Shown piece by piece: positions 8,193-16,867 of a stretch of 64,000 nucleotides of DNA (the stretch's first letter is position 1; every line of letters starts with the position of its first letter). The stretch lies in contig JANXMF010000075.1 in the NCBI GenBank assembly GCA_025354795.1, forward strand, positions 3,161 through 67,160. The letters run 5' to 3'. The stretch is from Pseudobdellovibrionaceae bacterium (GTDB taxonomy: Bacteria; Bdellovibrionota; Bdellovibrionia; Bdellovibrionales; UBA1609). A program made the position numbers and the translations under genes. The notes under the pieces are model-generated. The model saw nothing but the letters and a program-made list of their open reading frames with translations, did no database searches and was not told the origin of the DNA.

Positions 8193-9403
8193 TGTTTTTA
8201 GTGGCCCTTCATATATTCAGCTTATTTTTGTCAAAGGCCAGCGCCTGTGACCTATTCCTGGTTGGCTTGAATGAAGGTGTGGGTGAGCAAGACGCATGCG
8301 AAGCTGGCGTGGCGGCGAATAACAATGGTGATCGGTTACAAATAATCGAAGGTTACGCTATTGATAAAGACATCTTGCACGCGCAAATTAAAGCAGTGCT
8401 GGATAGCGGTCGCTGTATCGATTCCATTGTAATTTCTGGCCATGATGGCAGCGGCGAGTTCTACGGACATCGCGGAGGCATCCGTGCCAACGATATCCAG
8501 GAAATCGTCAGAAGGGAGCCACGCCTTGCTAAAACGCTCACCAGCATGGCTCTGTGGGGCTGCAATTCGGTCACGCCCGAGGGGTGTGAAAACTATTGGC
8601 TGAAAAAGACCGGCCCCAATGTAAAATTGGCACTGGGCTTTTCGGGACCAGCCCCGCTCAACGTTATGCCAAAAAATACGGAGCTTCTTGGGGATTTTTG
8701 TCGGCGGCGCAATGAAGGCGTAAAAGCGCAGAACGAAGGTGAGCTCTGCGGATTCTTTCAGTCTCTGAGGAATACTAATCCTTATGAATTGGGGATTTGT
8801 GCACAAGGGGGGGTGGCTAGCAGAACTTACTCCCCAAGCGTGGACCGTTGCTTGGCAACAAAAGCCGACCTCGACCGCCAATGCCAAACTCATCTCCCAG
8901 CGGCTATAGATCAGGAAATCACAAATTATTTTGCTGCCGGACCCGGTCGCTATAAAAATCCGCCGACGAATCCTTCTTGGCAGGACAAACTTCATAAATA
9001 CTACGGGGCACTGACGCAATGGTATCATTGCCGTCAATTCTCAAACTACAACGGTGGGAAAACCATCTTGTCGCCGGCACAAGTGATTCGTTTGACCTTT
9101 TTTGATACCTTTAAACGTAATTTTTATCGCAATCATAAGGAAAAAATTGAACAGTATGATGAAGAACTTAGACGCGCTGGTCTTGACGCGTGCAAGCTGG
9201 GCGACATTACCGCGGCATCACGGGCGGAGATCGTGGGTCAGACGAAATGTGCGGTGAATGCATTGCAGAAAGCTGGGAGGCCGGAGCTTCTGGATAAAGC
9301 CTTAAAGATGGATGCAACTTTACGTGAGCTAAGTCCGAATTGTTCCTCACAGGACTGGATCATGGAGGGTTCTGATCTCCCAAGTCACTGTTGGGACCAT
9401 TGA
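8192..9403 (+). CDS. hypothetical secreted Cys-rich protein with possible clan-CD-like His/Cys dyad
   Basis: It has a signal peptide. The strand-His motif (SIVISGHDGSG) and strand-Cys motif (MALWGCNSV) resemble the caspase/gingipain/metacaspase arrangement, but this is a motif-level observation only. Confidence 0.4.
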   Translation: MFLVALHIFSLFLSKASACDLFLVGLNEGVGEQDACEAGVAANNNGDRLQIIEGYAIDKDILHAQIKAVLDSGRCIDSIVISGHDGSGEFYGHRGGIRANDIQEIVRREPRLAKTLTSMALWGCNSVTPEGCENYWLKKTGPNVKLALGFSGPAPLNVMPKNTELLGDFCRRRNEGVKAQNEGELCGFFQSLRNTNPYELGICAQGGVASRTYSPSVDRCLATKADLDRQCQTHLPAAIDQEITNYFAAGPGRYKNPPTNPSWQDKLHKYYGALTQWYHCRQFSNYNGGKTILSPAQVIRLTFFDTFKRNFYRNHKEKIEQYDEELRRAGLDACKLGDITAASRAEIVGQTKCAVNALQKAGRPELLDKALKMDATLRELSPNCSSQDWIMEGSDLPSHCWDH

Positions 9404-9620
9404 AACCTCAGGGATCCCTTAGCCGTTTGTCCAGATCTTAACACATGGACTTCGCCCTACAATTAAAAATACAACGCATGCTCTAAAATAAGGCATCTAC
9501 ACCATTGATGTTTATATTATGTATTTGTTTAGTTTGAGTGTATTGTCCACGCTGACTGTCCATGCCCAATCTTCCAGTCTAAATGCCGATTTCACAGCGG
9601 AGAAGGGGAATATGTATTTC

Positions 9621-10187
9621 CTATTGGAAAAATAAAATATAAATTCCAGTTCCGCCAAACAGCATCGCACTCAGTTTGTGCAAAGCCCTGGGCCGGATCA
9701 AGCGCGTGGCCCGCCGCCCGATAAAAATCGCGATCGCTGCCACCGAACACAGTGCTAGCGTCGCGGCGCTAAACACCGTCACCAAATTCGCAGGCGAGCG
9801 GGCGGCAAGCGAAGCCGTCGCCAACTGCGTGAGGTCGCCGAATTCAGCAATCAACACGGCTAAAAACGCGCGGCCCAGGGTTGCATGCGAGGGCGGCGCG
9901 CCGTGCACATCCACATCCACATCGCTCTGGGCTCGCCAACTGTGCACCGCAAAGCCTAAAAAAAGCAGCCCCGCACCCCACTGCACAACCGCCGGGGGTA
10001 ACTGTGCCAGCGCGCGGCCAAAAGTCACCGCGAGCAAAACCTGGGTCGCAAAAGCCAAGGCGGCTCCCGCAAAAACGGCGACGGCCCGCCCTCGGGTCGC
10101 CATCATCAACAATACCAGCGCGGTCTTATCGGGCAACTCGGCAAGGAAAATCACACTGTAAATAGATAAAAAAAGTTCCCAGTTCAA
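9621..10187 (-). CDS. GDT1/TMEM165 (UPF0016) family cation (Mn2+/Ca2+) transporter
   Basis: It contains two copies of the E-x-G-D-(K/R)-(T/S)-type motif (LAELPDKTAL and IAEFGDLTQLAT) in a six-TM protein of 188 aa. Confidence 0.8.
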   Translation of the reverse strand: MNWELFLSIYSVIFLAELPDKTALVLLMMATRGRAVAVFAGAALAFATQVLLAVTFGRALAQLPPAVVQWGAGLLFLGFAVHSWRAQSDVDVDVHGAPPSHATLGRAFLAVLIAEFGDLTQLATASLAARSPANLVTVFSAATLALCSVAAIAIFIGRRATRLIRPRALHKLSAMLFGGTGIYILFFQ

Positions 10188-10189
10188 TA

Positions 10190-10957
10190 CTACGCCCGAT
10201 TCAAGCGTGCGACTAAGCGCCGTACAAGCGCGCGTGGTGAAACGCGCAGGCTCTGGAGAAAAAGGCGATTGGTGAGTCCCGGTATCGCGATGGCCTGGCC
10301 CTTCATCATCGCGCGGTAACCGGTTGCGACCACTTGAGCAGCGGATCGTTGCGGCACTTTTTTAAACAACTCCGACTTCTGCACTTGCGCGACGGTGGAA
10401 AATTCGGTAGCGGTCGCGCCCGGGGCAAGGAGCGTGCAGGTTACGCCCGTCCCGAGCAGTTCCTGATGCAAAGCCTCACTTAGCGAATTGACAAAGGCTT
10501 TGCTCGCGTAATAAGTCGCCATGTAAGGGCCGGGCTGAAAACCGGCAGTCGAGCCGACGTTGAGAATGCGCCCGCTTCCGCGCTCGAGCATCGCCGGCAA
10601 GAACAGGCGTGTGAGTTCGAGCAGCGTGCGCATATTTAGATCACACATCTCGAGCTGGCGCGGCAACGTCACTTGCGCCAATGCTCCACCCGCACCAAAA
10701 CCTGCATTGTTCACCAAAAAGTCAACTTGTAAGCCAAGCTTTTGCACTTGCGAAAAGAGCTCTTGTCCCGCACCGGGTGTGCCTAAATCCATGGCAATAA
10801 TCCAAACTTTTATTTTGTCAGAGAGCTCGCTCGCAAGCTCCTTTAGGCGATCTTCACGCCGTGACACTAAAATGACGGAGTGGCCATCGCGCGCAAAGAG
10901 TCTGGCAAATTCCACTCCAAATCCTGCGGACGCTCCGGTGATTAATGCGATGCCCAT
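10190..10957 (-). CDS. short-chain dehydrogenase/reductase (SDR)
   Basis: It has the TGASAGFG cofactor motif and the YYASKAF catalytic motif. I prefer the ATG at 10957 because it is preceded by AGGAG at 5 nt. The ORF extends to 10996. Confidence 0.8.
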   Translation of the reverse strand: MGIALITGASAGFGVEFARLFARDGHSVILVSRREDRLKELASELSDKIKVWIIAMDLGTPGAGQELFSQVQKLGLQVDFLVNNAGFGAGGALAQVTLPRQLEMCDLNMRTLLELTRLFLPAMLERGSGRILNVGSTAGFQPGPYMATYYASKAFVNSLSEALHQELLGTGVTCTLLAPGATATEFSTVAQVQKSELFKKVPQRSAAQVVATGYRAMMKGQAIAIPGLTNRLFLQSLRVSPRALVRRLVARLNRA

Positions 10958-11050
10958 GTGAACTCCTGGCTGCGGCGTGGTAGGATAATAGGTCAATACT
11001 GATGCGACTCACAAGGGAAATCGGGGCTGAGGAAAATCTGATTTACTCAT

Positions 11051-11578
11051 TTGCAATTCAATGTCATTCTCGGCGGCCACAAACGGAATGGACATCGCGT
11101 GAACAAGCAAAAAATTATCGCTGGTTTTATCGATCAGTTGCAAAAAGAACTCATCACCTTAAAAGCCGCGGCGCTGGCAACTCTTGAAGCCGCCACTCAC
11201 GAAGAGAGTAAACCCGAAAATGAGTACGACACGCGCGCATTGGAGGCCTCTTACCTCGCTGGCGCGCAAGCTAAACGCGCCGGTGAAATCGACGAAGTCC
11301 TGTCGCTGTTTCAGCACCTTGAATTTAAAAATTTCGACGCGCAAAGTCCGATTTCGGCCACCGCCTTGCTCGAGTTGGAAGGTCAGGGCAAGCGCAGCCA
11401 CGTGCTGCTCATGCCCATTGGCGGCGGCGTAACATTGCGTGAAAACGGCACCACGGTGCAAATCGTGACCCCGCATTCATTGCTAGGCGAGGCGCTCTTG
11501 GGCTTACGCCAGGGCGAGGAAACCGAAATCGATGTCGGCGATAAGGTGCGCGAGTATAAAATTATTTCGGTCCAGTAA
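11051..11578 (+). CDS. GreA/GreB-family-like protein (C-terminal Gre domain)
   Basis: It has a coiled-coil N-terminus (ENEYDTRALEASYLAGAQAKR) and a Gre C-terminal-like segment (IVTPHSLLGEALLGLRQGEETEI). The start is uncertain, with an alternative GTG at 11099. Confidence 0.5.
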   Translation: MQFNVILGGHKRNGHRVNKQKIIAGFIDQLQKELITLKAAALATLEAATHEESKPENEYDTRALEASYLAGAQAKRAGEIDEVLSLFQHLEFKNFDAQSPISATALLELEGQGKRSHVLLMPIGGGVTLRENGTTVQIVTPHSLLGEALLGLRQGEETEIDVGDKVREYKIISVQ

Positions 11579-12017
11579 AACGTCGAAAGCGGGGATCGTT
11601 GGTAAACACCATCGATTTACCCAGCGACATCAGGACCAGTACCAAAACAAAAACACACACGGCACCCGCGGCAATGAGCGTAAAGAGCACGGCCGGAAAC
11701 ACTAGAAAAAAGAGCGCCACTCCGGCCCACACCCCATCAGGGTGGCTAGCCGTTTGCGCCAAATTCACGCAAATCCAATCCAACAAAACTGCCGGCAAGA
11801 GGATCGCGGTCATGATTTTCAGCGTCTGAAAGACGATGGCGAGGCGCGCACCAAAACCGGAGGTGGGGCGCAACAGGGTGCGCCCGGGCTCGATGATTTC
11901 AGGATTTTCGAGCGAGCCCAATTTGGCTTTGCGGGTAAAAAGTTTCATATGCTGAAAGGCGTAACATAATTTTCGTGGCTCGTCGAGTTCCCAGTTAAGC
12001 AGCAGCTTTTTGAACAC
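11562..12017 (-). CDS. hypothetical membrane protein
   Basis: It is a 151-aa ORF with three predicted hydrophobic helices. It overlaps the 3' end of the upstream EAL gene, so the two are likely co-transcribed. Confidence 0.4.
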   Translation of the reverse strand: MFKKLLLNWELDEPRKLCYAFQHMKLFTRKAKLGSLENPEIIEPGRTLLRPTSGFGARLAIVFQTLKIMTAILLPAVLLDWICVNLAQTASHPDGVWAGVALFFLVFPAVLFTLIAAGAVCVFVLVLVLMSLGKSMVFTNDPRFRRFTGPK

Positions 12018-13191
12018 TCTGAGAGTTTAATTTCAAAAACTGCGCCAGCGGCAAGGGCTTGCAAAACATATAGCCCTGGCCCATTTCGACACCGAGTTTT
12101 TGCAGCAGCGCAAATTCCTCAGCGGTTTCGATGCCCTCGGCAATCACTTGCAGTCCGAGTAGGTGGCCCATATGAATCAAGGATCGGATGATCGATTTTG
12201 ATTTGCGATGGCTCAGCATATTGGCCACAAAGCTACGGTCGATTTTTAAGTCTGTCAAAGGCATGGTCGCCAAGTACTGCAAACTCGAAAAGCCGGTGCC
12301 GAAATCGTCGATGGCCAGTTGGTAACCGTGCAAGCGGCACTTATTCATAGTGTTCAGGGCCTCGGGTCCGACCATCATCACGCGCTCGGTGACTTCTAAC
12401 TTAATCTGTTTGGCGTTCAAATTTAGGCGTTGGCGATGGAACTCAAGATGCTCGACAAAGTCGGGATCGCTGAATTGGCGGCCGCTGACGTTGATGCTTA
12501 CAAAGAAATCGTGCGGCATTTCGGCCACTGTCTGGAGATGATTAAGGTCTTCAAGGCACTTTTCGATGACCTGGCGGCCGGCCCGCAGTACCAGACTTGA
12601 CTGCTCAAGTATCTCGATAAACAGCAAAGGCGGAATGACATCACCTTCGGAGGAGATCCAGCGCAGCAGCGCCTCGCAGCCTCTAATTTTACATGTCTTA
12701 AGATCATAAATAGGTTGATAAAAAGGTACAAATTCTTTGTTGGTGAGGGCCACGGCCACGCGCGACTCGAGATCCATACGCTTGATCGCCGCCTGTTTGT
12801 CGGTGGCGAAAACGTTAGTAAGCAGGACCGGTAAGGAGAGCGAGCCTAGCGCATTGTCCGGCATGGACATGCGGTTGTGCAGCGATTTCAGCAGGAGGCG
12901 CACCACCGGATCGGCATCGTCGATACGCTCATTCAACAGTTCACGATTGACGTAAATCACTTGGGTTTCACCAATGGCGCGGGCGCAGGTGTGGCGGTTC
13001 TCGCCTAGGACCAGCGAGACGTCACCAAAAATATCGCCTTCACTAAGTGTCGCGAGTGGAACCTCAATATCGTCTTTGACAATAAACAGCGAAACACCCC
13101 CGCGCACGATCAAATAGGCGCAGTCACCGACATCGCCTTCGCGGTAAATCATTTCATGCGGCACAAATTTTTCTTTGGTTTTCTTGGCCAT
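11995..13191 (-). CDS. cyclic-nucleotide-binding domain + EAL domain c-di-GMP phosphodiesterase
   Basis: The N-terminus is a cNMP-binding fold (FGDVSLVLGENRHTCARA). The EAL domain carries a full catalytic set: EALLRW, EVTE, DDFGTGFSSLQYL, KIDRSF, EGIET and QGY. Confidence 0.85.
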   Translation of the reverse strand: MAKKTKEKFVPHEMIYREGDVGDCAYLIVRGGVSLFIVKDDIEVPLATLSEGDIFGDVSLVLGENRHTCARAIGETQVIYVNRELLNERIDDADPVVRLLLKSLHNRMSMPDNALGSLSLPVLLTNVFATDKQAAIKRMDLESRVAVALTNKEFVPFYQPIYDLKTCKIRGCEALLRWISSEGDVIPPLLFIEILEQSSLVLRAGRQVIEKCLEDLNHLQTVAEMPHDFFVSINVSGRQFSDPDFVEHLEFHRQRLNLNAKQIKLEVTERVMMVGPEALNTMNKCRLHGYQLAIDDFGTGFSSLQYLATMPLTDLKIDRSFVANMLSHRKSKSIIRSLIHMGHLLGLQVIAEGIETAEEFALLQKLGVEMGQGYMFCKPLPLAQFLKLNSQSVQKAAA

Positions 13192-13272
13192 GGAGAACTA
13201 TCGGCATTTTAAGTGCGCAAATGGAGAGCCCCTAGCTTGACACCTGGATTAAGGACGGGTCGAATCAAAACG

Positions 13273-13992
13273 ATGGCGCTCACGATTACCGGATTGCAAA
13301 AAAGCTTCAACGGCGGCCGCACCCTGTATGGTGGATTCTCGGCGCGGCTTAAGGCCGGTGAGTTTGTGAGCTTGGTGGGCCCCAGCGGCAGCGGCAAATC
13401 GACACTGCTGCGTTTGCTCGCGGGTCTAGACCGACCATCGCAAGGTCGGATTGAGTCAGGCCCCGGTGTGCGCTTGGGCTTGGTTTTTCAAGAGCCGCGT
13501 TTGCTTCCGTGGCTTAACACCGAGGAAAATATTTTGCTGGGTGCAGAGCTCCTCCACCAGCGTGTCGTCGGCACGACGTTAGGCAAGACGCTGCAATTGG
13601 TGCGCCTTGAGCCCACGGTGCTGGCGCTTTTTCCGCACCAGCTCAGTGGCGGCATGAAGATGCGTGTCTCCTTGGCGCGCACTCTGATTATGGCGCCGGA
13701 GATTCTCTTGCTCGACGAACCCTTTGCCGCGCTTGATGAGACCACCCGCCATTTGTTACAAGAGGAAGTCTCACGCATTTTTGAGGCGCAGCCGCGGCTT
13801 ACGGTTTTGGTTACCCATTCGCTTTCAGAAGCGCTGTTTTTATCGGACCGGATTTTACTGCTGGACAGTAACGGTCAGCTGCGGGGCGAGACTTCGGTTG
13901 ACTTGCCGCGGCCGCGTAGCGCGGATATGCGTGTACAAATCGAATTTATAGAGCAGCTAATGAATTTGCAGCGGAGCATACGCGATGTTTAA
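13273..13992 (+). CDS. ABC transporter ATP-binding protein (NitT/TauT-type importer)
   Basis: It has Walker A (GPSGSGKST), the signature LSGGMKMRVSLAR, and Walker B (LLLDEPF). The ATG at 13273 gives the usual N-terminus. The ORF opens at 13213. Confidence 0.85.
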   Translation: MALTITGLQKSFNGGRTLYGGFSARLKAGEFVSLVGPSGSGKSTLLRLLAGLDRPSQGRIESGPGVRLGLVFQEPRLLPWLNTEENILLGAELLHQRVVGTTLGKTLQLVRLEPTVLALFPHQLSGGMKMRVSLARTLIMAPEILLLDEPFAALDETTRHLLQEEVSRIFEAQPRLTVLVTHSLSEALFLSDRILLLDSNGQLRGETSVDLPRPRSADMRVQIEFIEQLMNLQRSIRDV

Positions 13993-14740
13993 GTCCGGAC
14001 GACAGATTTTCCCGCCGTTGATGTTTTTGGGCGGAGTAATAGTCGTGCTCGAAGTCGTGGTGCGCGGAGGGGTGGTCGCGGCCTACCTGCTGCCGGCCCC
14101 GTCGCAGGTGCTGAGTGCGGCGTGGGAATTCCGTGCGGATCTGGGCGCCGCCCTGGTGTCCACCACTCGGGCCACGCTTTGTGGTTTGTTTCTGAGTTTG
14201 GGGCTAGGATTGGGTTTGGCCCTGCTGCTTAATCTTTCGAGTTTTATGCGCCGAGCGCTTTTTCCGATCGCGGTTTTCTTTCAGACCGTACCAATCATTG
14301 CGGTTGCGCCGTTGTTGGTGATTTGGTTTGGCTATGGCGAGCCCACAGTGCGGGCTTCGGCGGCGATCGTGGCGTTTTTCCCTATCCTTTCCAATGCGCT
14401 GGTCGGGCTCGATTCCGCGGCGCGCGGGCATTTGGAACTTTTTCAGGTGCTGCGTGCGTCGCGCTTGCAGACGTTGTGGAAGCTGCAAATTCCCAGTGGT
14501 TTGCGGGCGTTTTTCGCCGGTCTACGGGTAGCGGCAGGGCTTGCCGTGGTAGGGGCATTGGTGGGAGAGTTCGTGGGCGGTGGCGGTTTGGGGTCGCTAC
14601 TTGATTCCGCCCGCACCCAGCAGCGGGTCGATCTGGTTTTCGCTTGTATCATGCTTTCCGCAGCCCTGGGTTTACTTTTGGTCGGCGCATTTTTCTTAGT
14701 GGAATATTGGATATGCCGTTGGCGGCCATTTTATGAATGA
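13985..14740 (+). CDS. ABC transporter permease
   Basis: It is a multi-TM protein overlapping the ATPase gene by 8 nt and the SBP gene by 4 nt. Confidence 0.8.
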   Translation: MFKSGRQIFPPLMFLGGVIVVLEVVVRGGVVAAYLLPAPSQVLSAAWEFRADLGAALVSTTRATLCGLFLSLGLGLGLALLLNLSSFMRRALFPIAVFFQTVPIIAVAPLLVIWFGYGEPTVRASAAIVAFFPILSNALVGLDSAARGHLELFQVLRASRLQTLWKLQIPSGLRAFFAGLRVAAGLAVVGALVGEFVGGGGLGSLLDSARTQQRVDLVFACIMLSAALGLLLVGAFFLVEYWICRWRPFYE

Positions 14741-15666
14741 GGATTTCTATGCTCAAGTTTCTTTTACTAACCCTTTCGCTGGTGAGTGCTAAACCGCTTC
14801 GGCTGTCCTTAAACTGGAAGCCGGAGCCGCAGTTCGGAGGTTTTTACCAGGCCGAGCAAGCGGGTCTGTTCAAAAAGGCCAAGCTCGACGTGGCGATTCT
14901 GCCCGGAGGATCGGGAACACCCACGGTGCAGATGTTGATGGCGGGAAAGACCGAGTACGCTGTGGTGAGCGCCGATGAGCTAGTGGTGGCCCGTGATCAC
15001 GGCGGTACGGATTTAATTGCGATCTTCGCAGTCTTCCAAACTAATCCGCAGTGCCTAATGAGCCATGCGGAAAAAAAATACACACAGCTGTCCGATATGT
15101 TGGCGGACGAAAAGGCTTTGCTGCTATGGCAGGCCGGGCTTCCGTACGCACAGTTCTTAAAGAAAAAGCCGATGCACATTCGCACCGCCCCCTATATGGG
15201 AGGTATCTCTACCTTTATCCATGGTCCCGAAGTGACTCAGCAGTGTTTCGCGGCCTCCGAGCCGCTCGCGGCCCGGCGCCAAGGCCTAAAAGTAAAAGTG
15301 TTTATGATCGCCGACGCAGGTTACAATCCCTACACCACGGTTTTGGCCACGCGGCGCTCAAATTTAAAAGAGCACCCAGCCGAAGTGAAGCAGATGGTCG
15401 CGACCGTCCGCCAGGGTTGGAGCGAGTATTTGCATGACCCGGTACCAGCGAATCGGTTTATGATGACTCTCAATCCAGCCATGGATGCACGCACCTTTAG
15501 CGAAGGCGCTAAGGCGCAGGAGCTATTGGTGCGCACCGCCGAGACGGGCAAAGATCATTTAGGTATCATGAGCGAAGCGCGCTGGAAGGCATTGGTTGAA
15601 CAGTTGCACGACCTTCAGGTGATCCACTCCACTCCGCCAGCTACTGAGCTGTTTGAGAATCCGTGA
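14737..15666 (+). CDS. ABC transporter periplasmic substrate-binding protein (NMT1/THI5-like fold)
   Basis: It has a signal peptide. LNWKPEPQFGGFYQAEQAG is typical of NitT/TauT/NMT1-like binding proteins. Confidence 0.7.
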   Translation: MRISMLKFLLLTLSLVSAKPLRLSLNWKPEPQFGGFYQAEQAGLFKKAKLDVAILPGGSGTPTVQMLMAGKTEYAVVSADELVVARDHGGTDLIAIFAVFQTNPQCLMSHAEKKYTQLSDMLADEKALLLWQAGLPYAQFLKKKPMHIRTAPYMGGISTFIHGPEVTQQCFAASEPLAARRQGLKVKVFMIADAGYNPYTTVLATRRSNLKEHPAEVKQMVATVRQGWSEYLHDPVPANRFMMTLNPAMDARTFSEGAKAQELLVRTAETGKDHLGIMSEARWKALVEQLHDLQVIHSTPPATELFENP

Positions 15667-16844
15667 ACCTGTTCATATTCCTCTTATTTAGTGTGGTGGT
15701 TCACGCCGATGACTTTCCCTTCAGTTACGAGGATTCTCGCGCGCAATTTGTCGCACTTTGTTTAGAGGCACGCAAGACTCCGCAGGATTACTGCGAGAAA
15801 TTTAAGGTGCCGAGCGCGCGCGATGCCGATCTCACCATTGACTATGGTTACTTTTCCAGACCCGGGAACGCAGGTTTAGTGGTGCTGCAGTCAGGAATCC
15901 ATGGTCCGGAAAGCTATGCCGGCGCGGCGGTGCAAAAATTATTTTTGCGCAAGTATCTGACGACCTACCTCGAGCATGGCGTTGACGTCTTGTTGATTCA
16001 TGCGCTCAATCCCTACGGTTTTAAGTACGCGACCCGAGCGGATGAGGACAATATCAATCTTAATCGCAATTTCAGTAGCGACGGCCTGATCTACCAGGTT
16101 CACAACGAAGGCTATGTCCGCATGCGCGATATGTTTGAGCCGCAGGGCCCGGTGAATTCGGTGTGGTGGTCTTCGCTGATGAGTCACGTGAGGATTGCCA
16201 CTAAATTTATTTCACTGATGTTCCATAGCCGCGAGATCTATCAAGCCATGAATTCAGGACAATTTGAATCTCCCAAAGGACTTAGCTATGGCGGTCACAA
16301 AGGCCAAATTCAACACCTGTTCTTACAGAAGCTCTTGCCGCCACTATTTGCGGCCCATTCCGGCGCTATTTTGTTCTTAGATTTTCACACGGGATTAGGT
16401 CAGGCCGGTACACTCCAAATCCTGAACGGTCTTGACCCCGACGCTAAACTTCTCAAGGCCGTGCACGCAAGAGTGGATGCGCTCCACACCGAGAAAATAG
16501 AAATGGTTGATGCCAGCGACCGCTCTCATCCCGATTATTACACGACCTATGGCGACGTCACCGATTTCGCCGTAAAGCTCGGGCCCCAACCTAACAGAAT
16601 TCTCGGTTTAACCATGGAGTATGGGACCATGCCGCTCAATATCCTGGGAAAGCTGCGCTCAGCAAGTCGCATGATTCTACACAACCAGGCGCACGCCTTC
16701 GGCTGTAGCACCCCTGAGGTGTGTGCGGAGGTCGATCAAAATTTCCTCGAGATGTTTAATCCGCTAGATCCGGTCTGGCGTCAAAAGGTAGTCTCAAAGG
16801 CTGATCAGGTTTTTTCGGTGTTGGTGAATTGGTTTTCAGTTTGA
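15663..16844 (+). CDS. M14-like zinc carboxypeptidase/deacylase family protein (DUF2817-like)
   Basis: It has the HxxE zinc motif (GIHGPESY), NPYGF, NLNRNF and a second zinc His (FLDFHTGLG). It is coupled by a 4-nt overlap to the SBP gene. Confidence 0.65.
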   Translation: MNLFIFLLFSVVVHADDFPFSYEDSRAQFVALCLEARKTPQDYCEKFKVPSARDADLTIDYGYFSRPGNAGLVVLQSGIHGPESYAGAAVQKLFLRKYLTTYLEHGVDVLLIHALNPYGFKYATRADEDNINLNRNFSSDGLIYQVHNEGYVRMRDMFEPQGPVNSVWWSSLMSHVRIATKFISLMFHSREIYQAMNSGQFESPKGLSYGGHKGQIQHLFLQKLLPPLFAAHSGAILFLDFHTGLGQAGTLQILNGLDPDAKLLKAVHARVDALHTEKIEMVDASDRSHPDYYTTYGDVTDFAVKLGPQPNRILGLTMEYGTMPLNILGKLRSASRMILHNQAHAFGCSTPEVCAEVDQNFLEMFNPLDPVWRQKVVSKADQVFSVLVNWFSV

Positions 16845-16867
16845 CCGCAACCGCCATCTCGGTTGAT

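Noticed and set aside
9404-9620. I considered whether the 217-bp AT-rich gap between convergent genes could be an sRNA or terminator locus.
   Set aside because: I could not identify a convincing stem-loop with a U-run or any conserved motif. The AT-richness alone is not evidence.
13192-13272. I considered a TPP (THI-box) riboswitch upstream of the ABC operon, because the binding protein is NMT1/THI5-like and the leader contains ACCUGGAUUAA.
   Set aside because: The leader is only about 80 nt and must also hold the divergent promoters. The conserved CUGAGA element and the P2/P3 helices are not present. The resemblance is limited to a short string.
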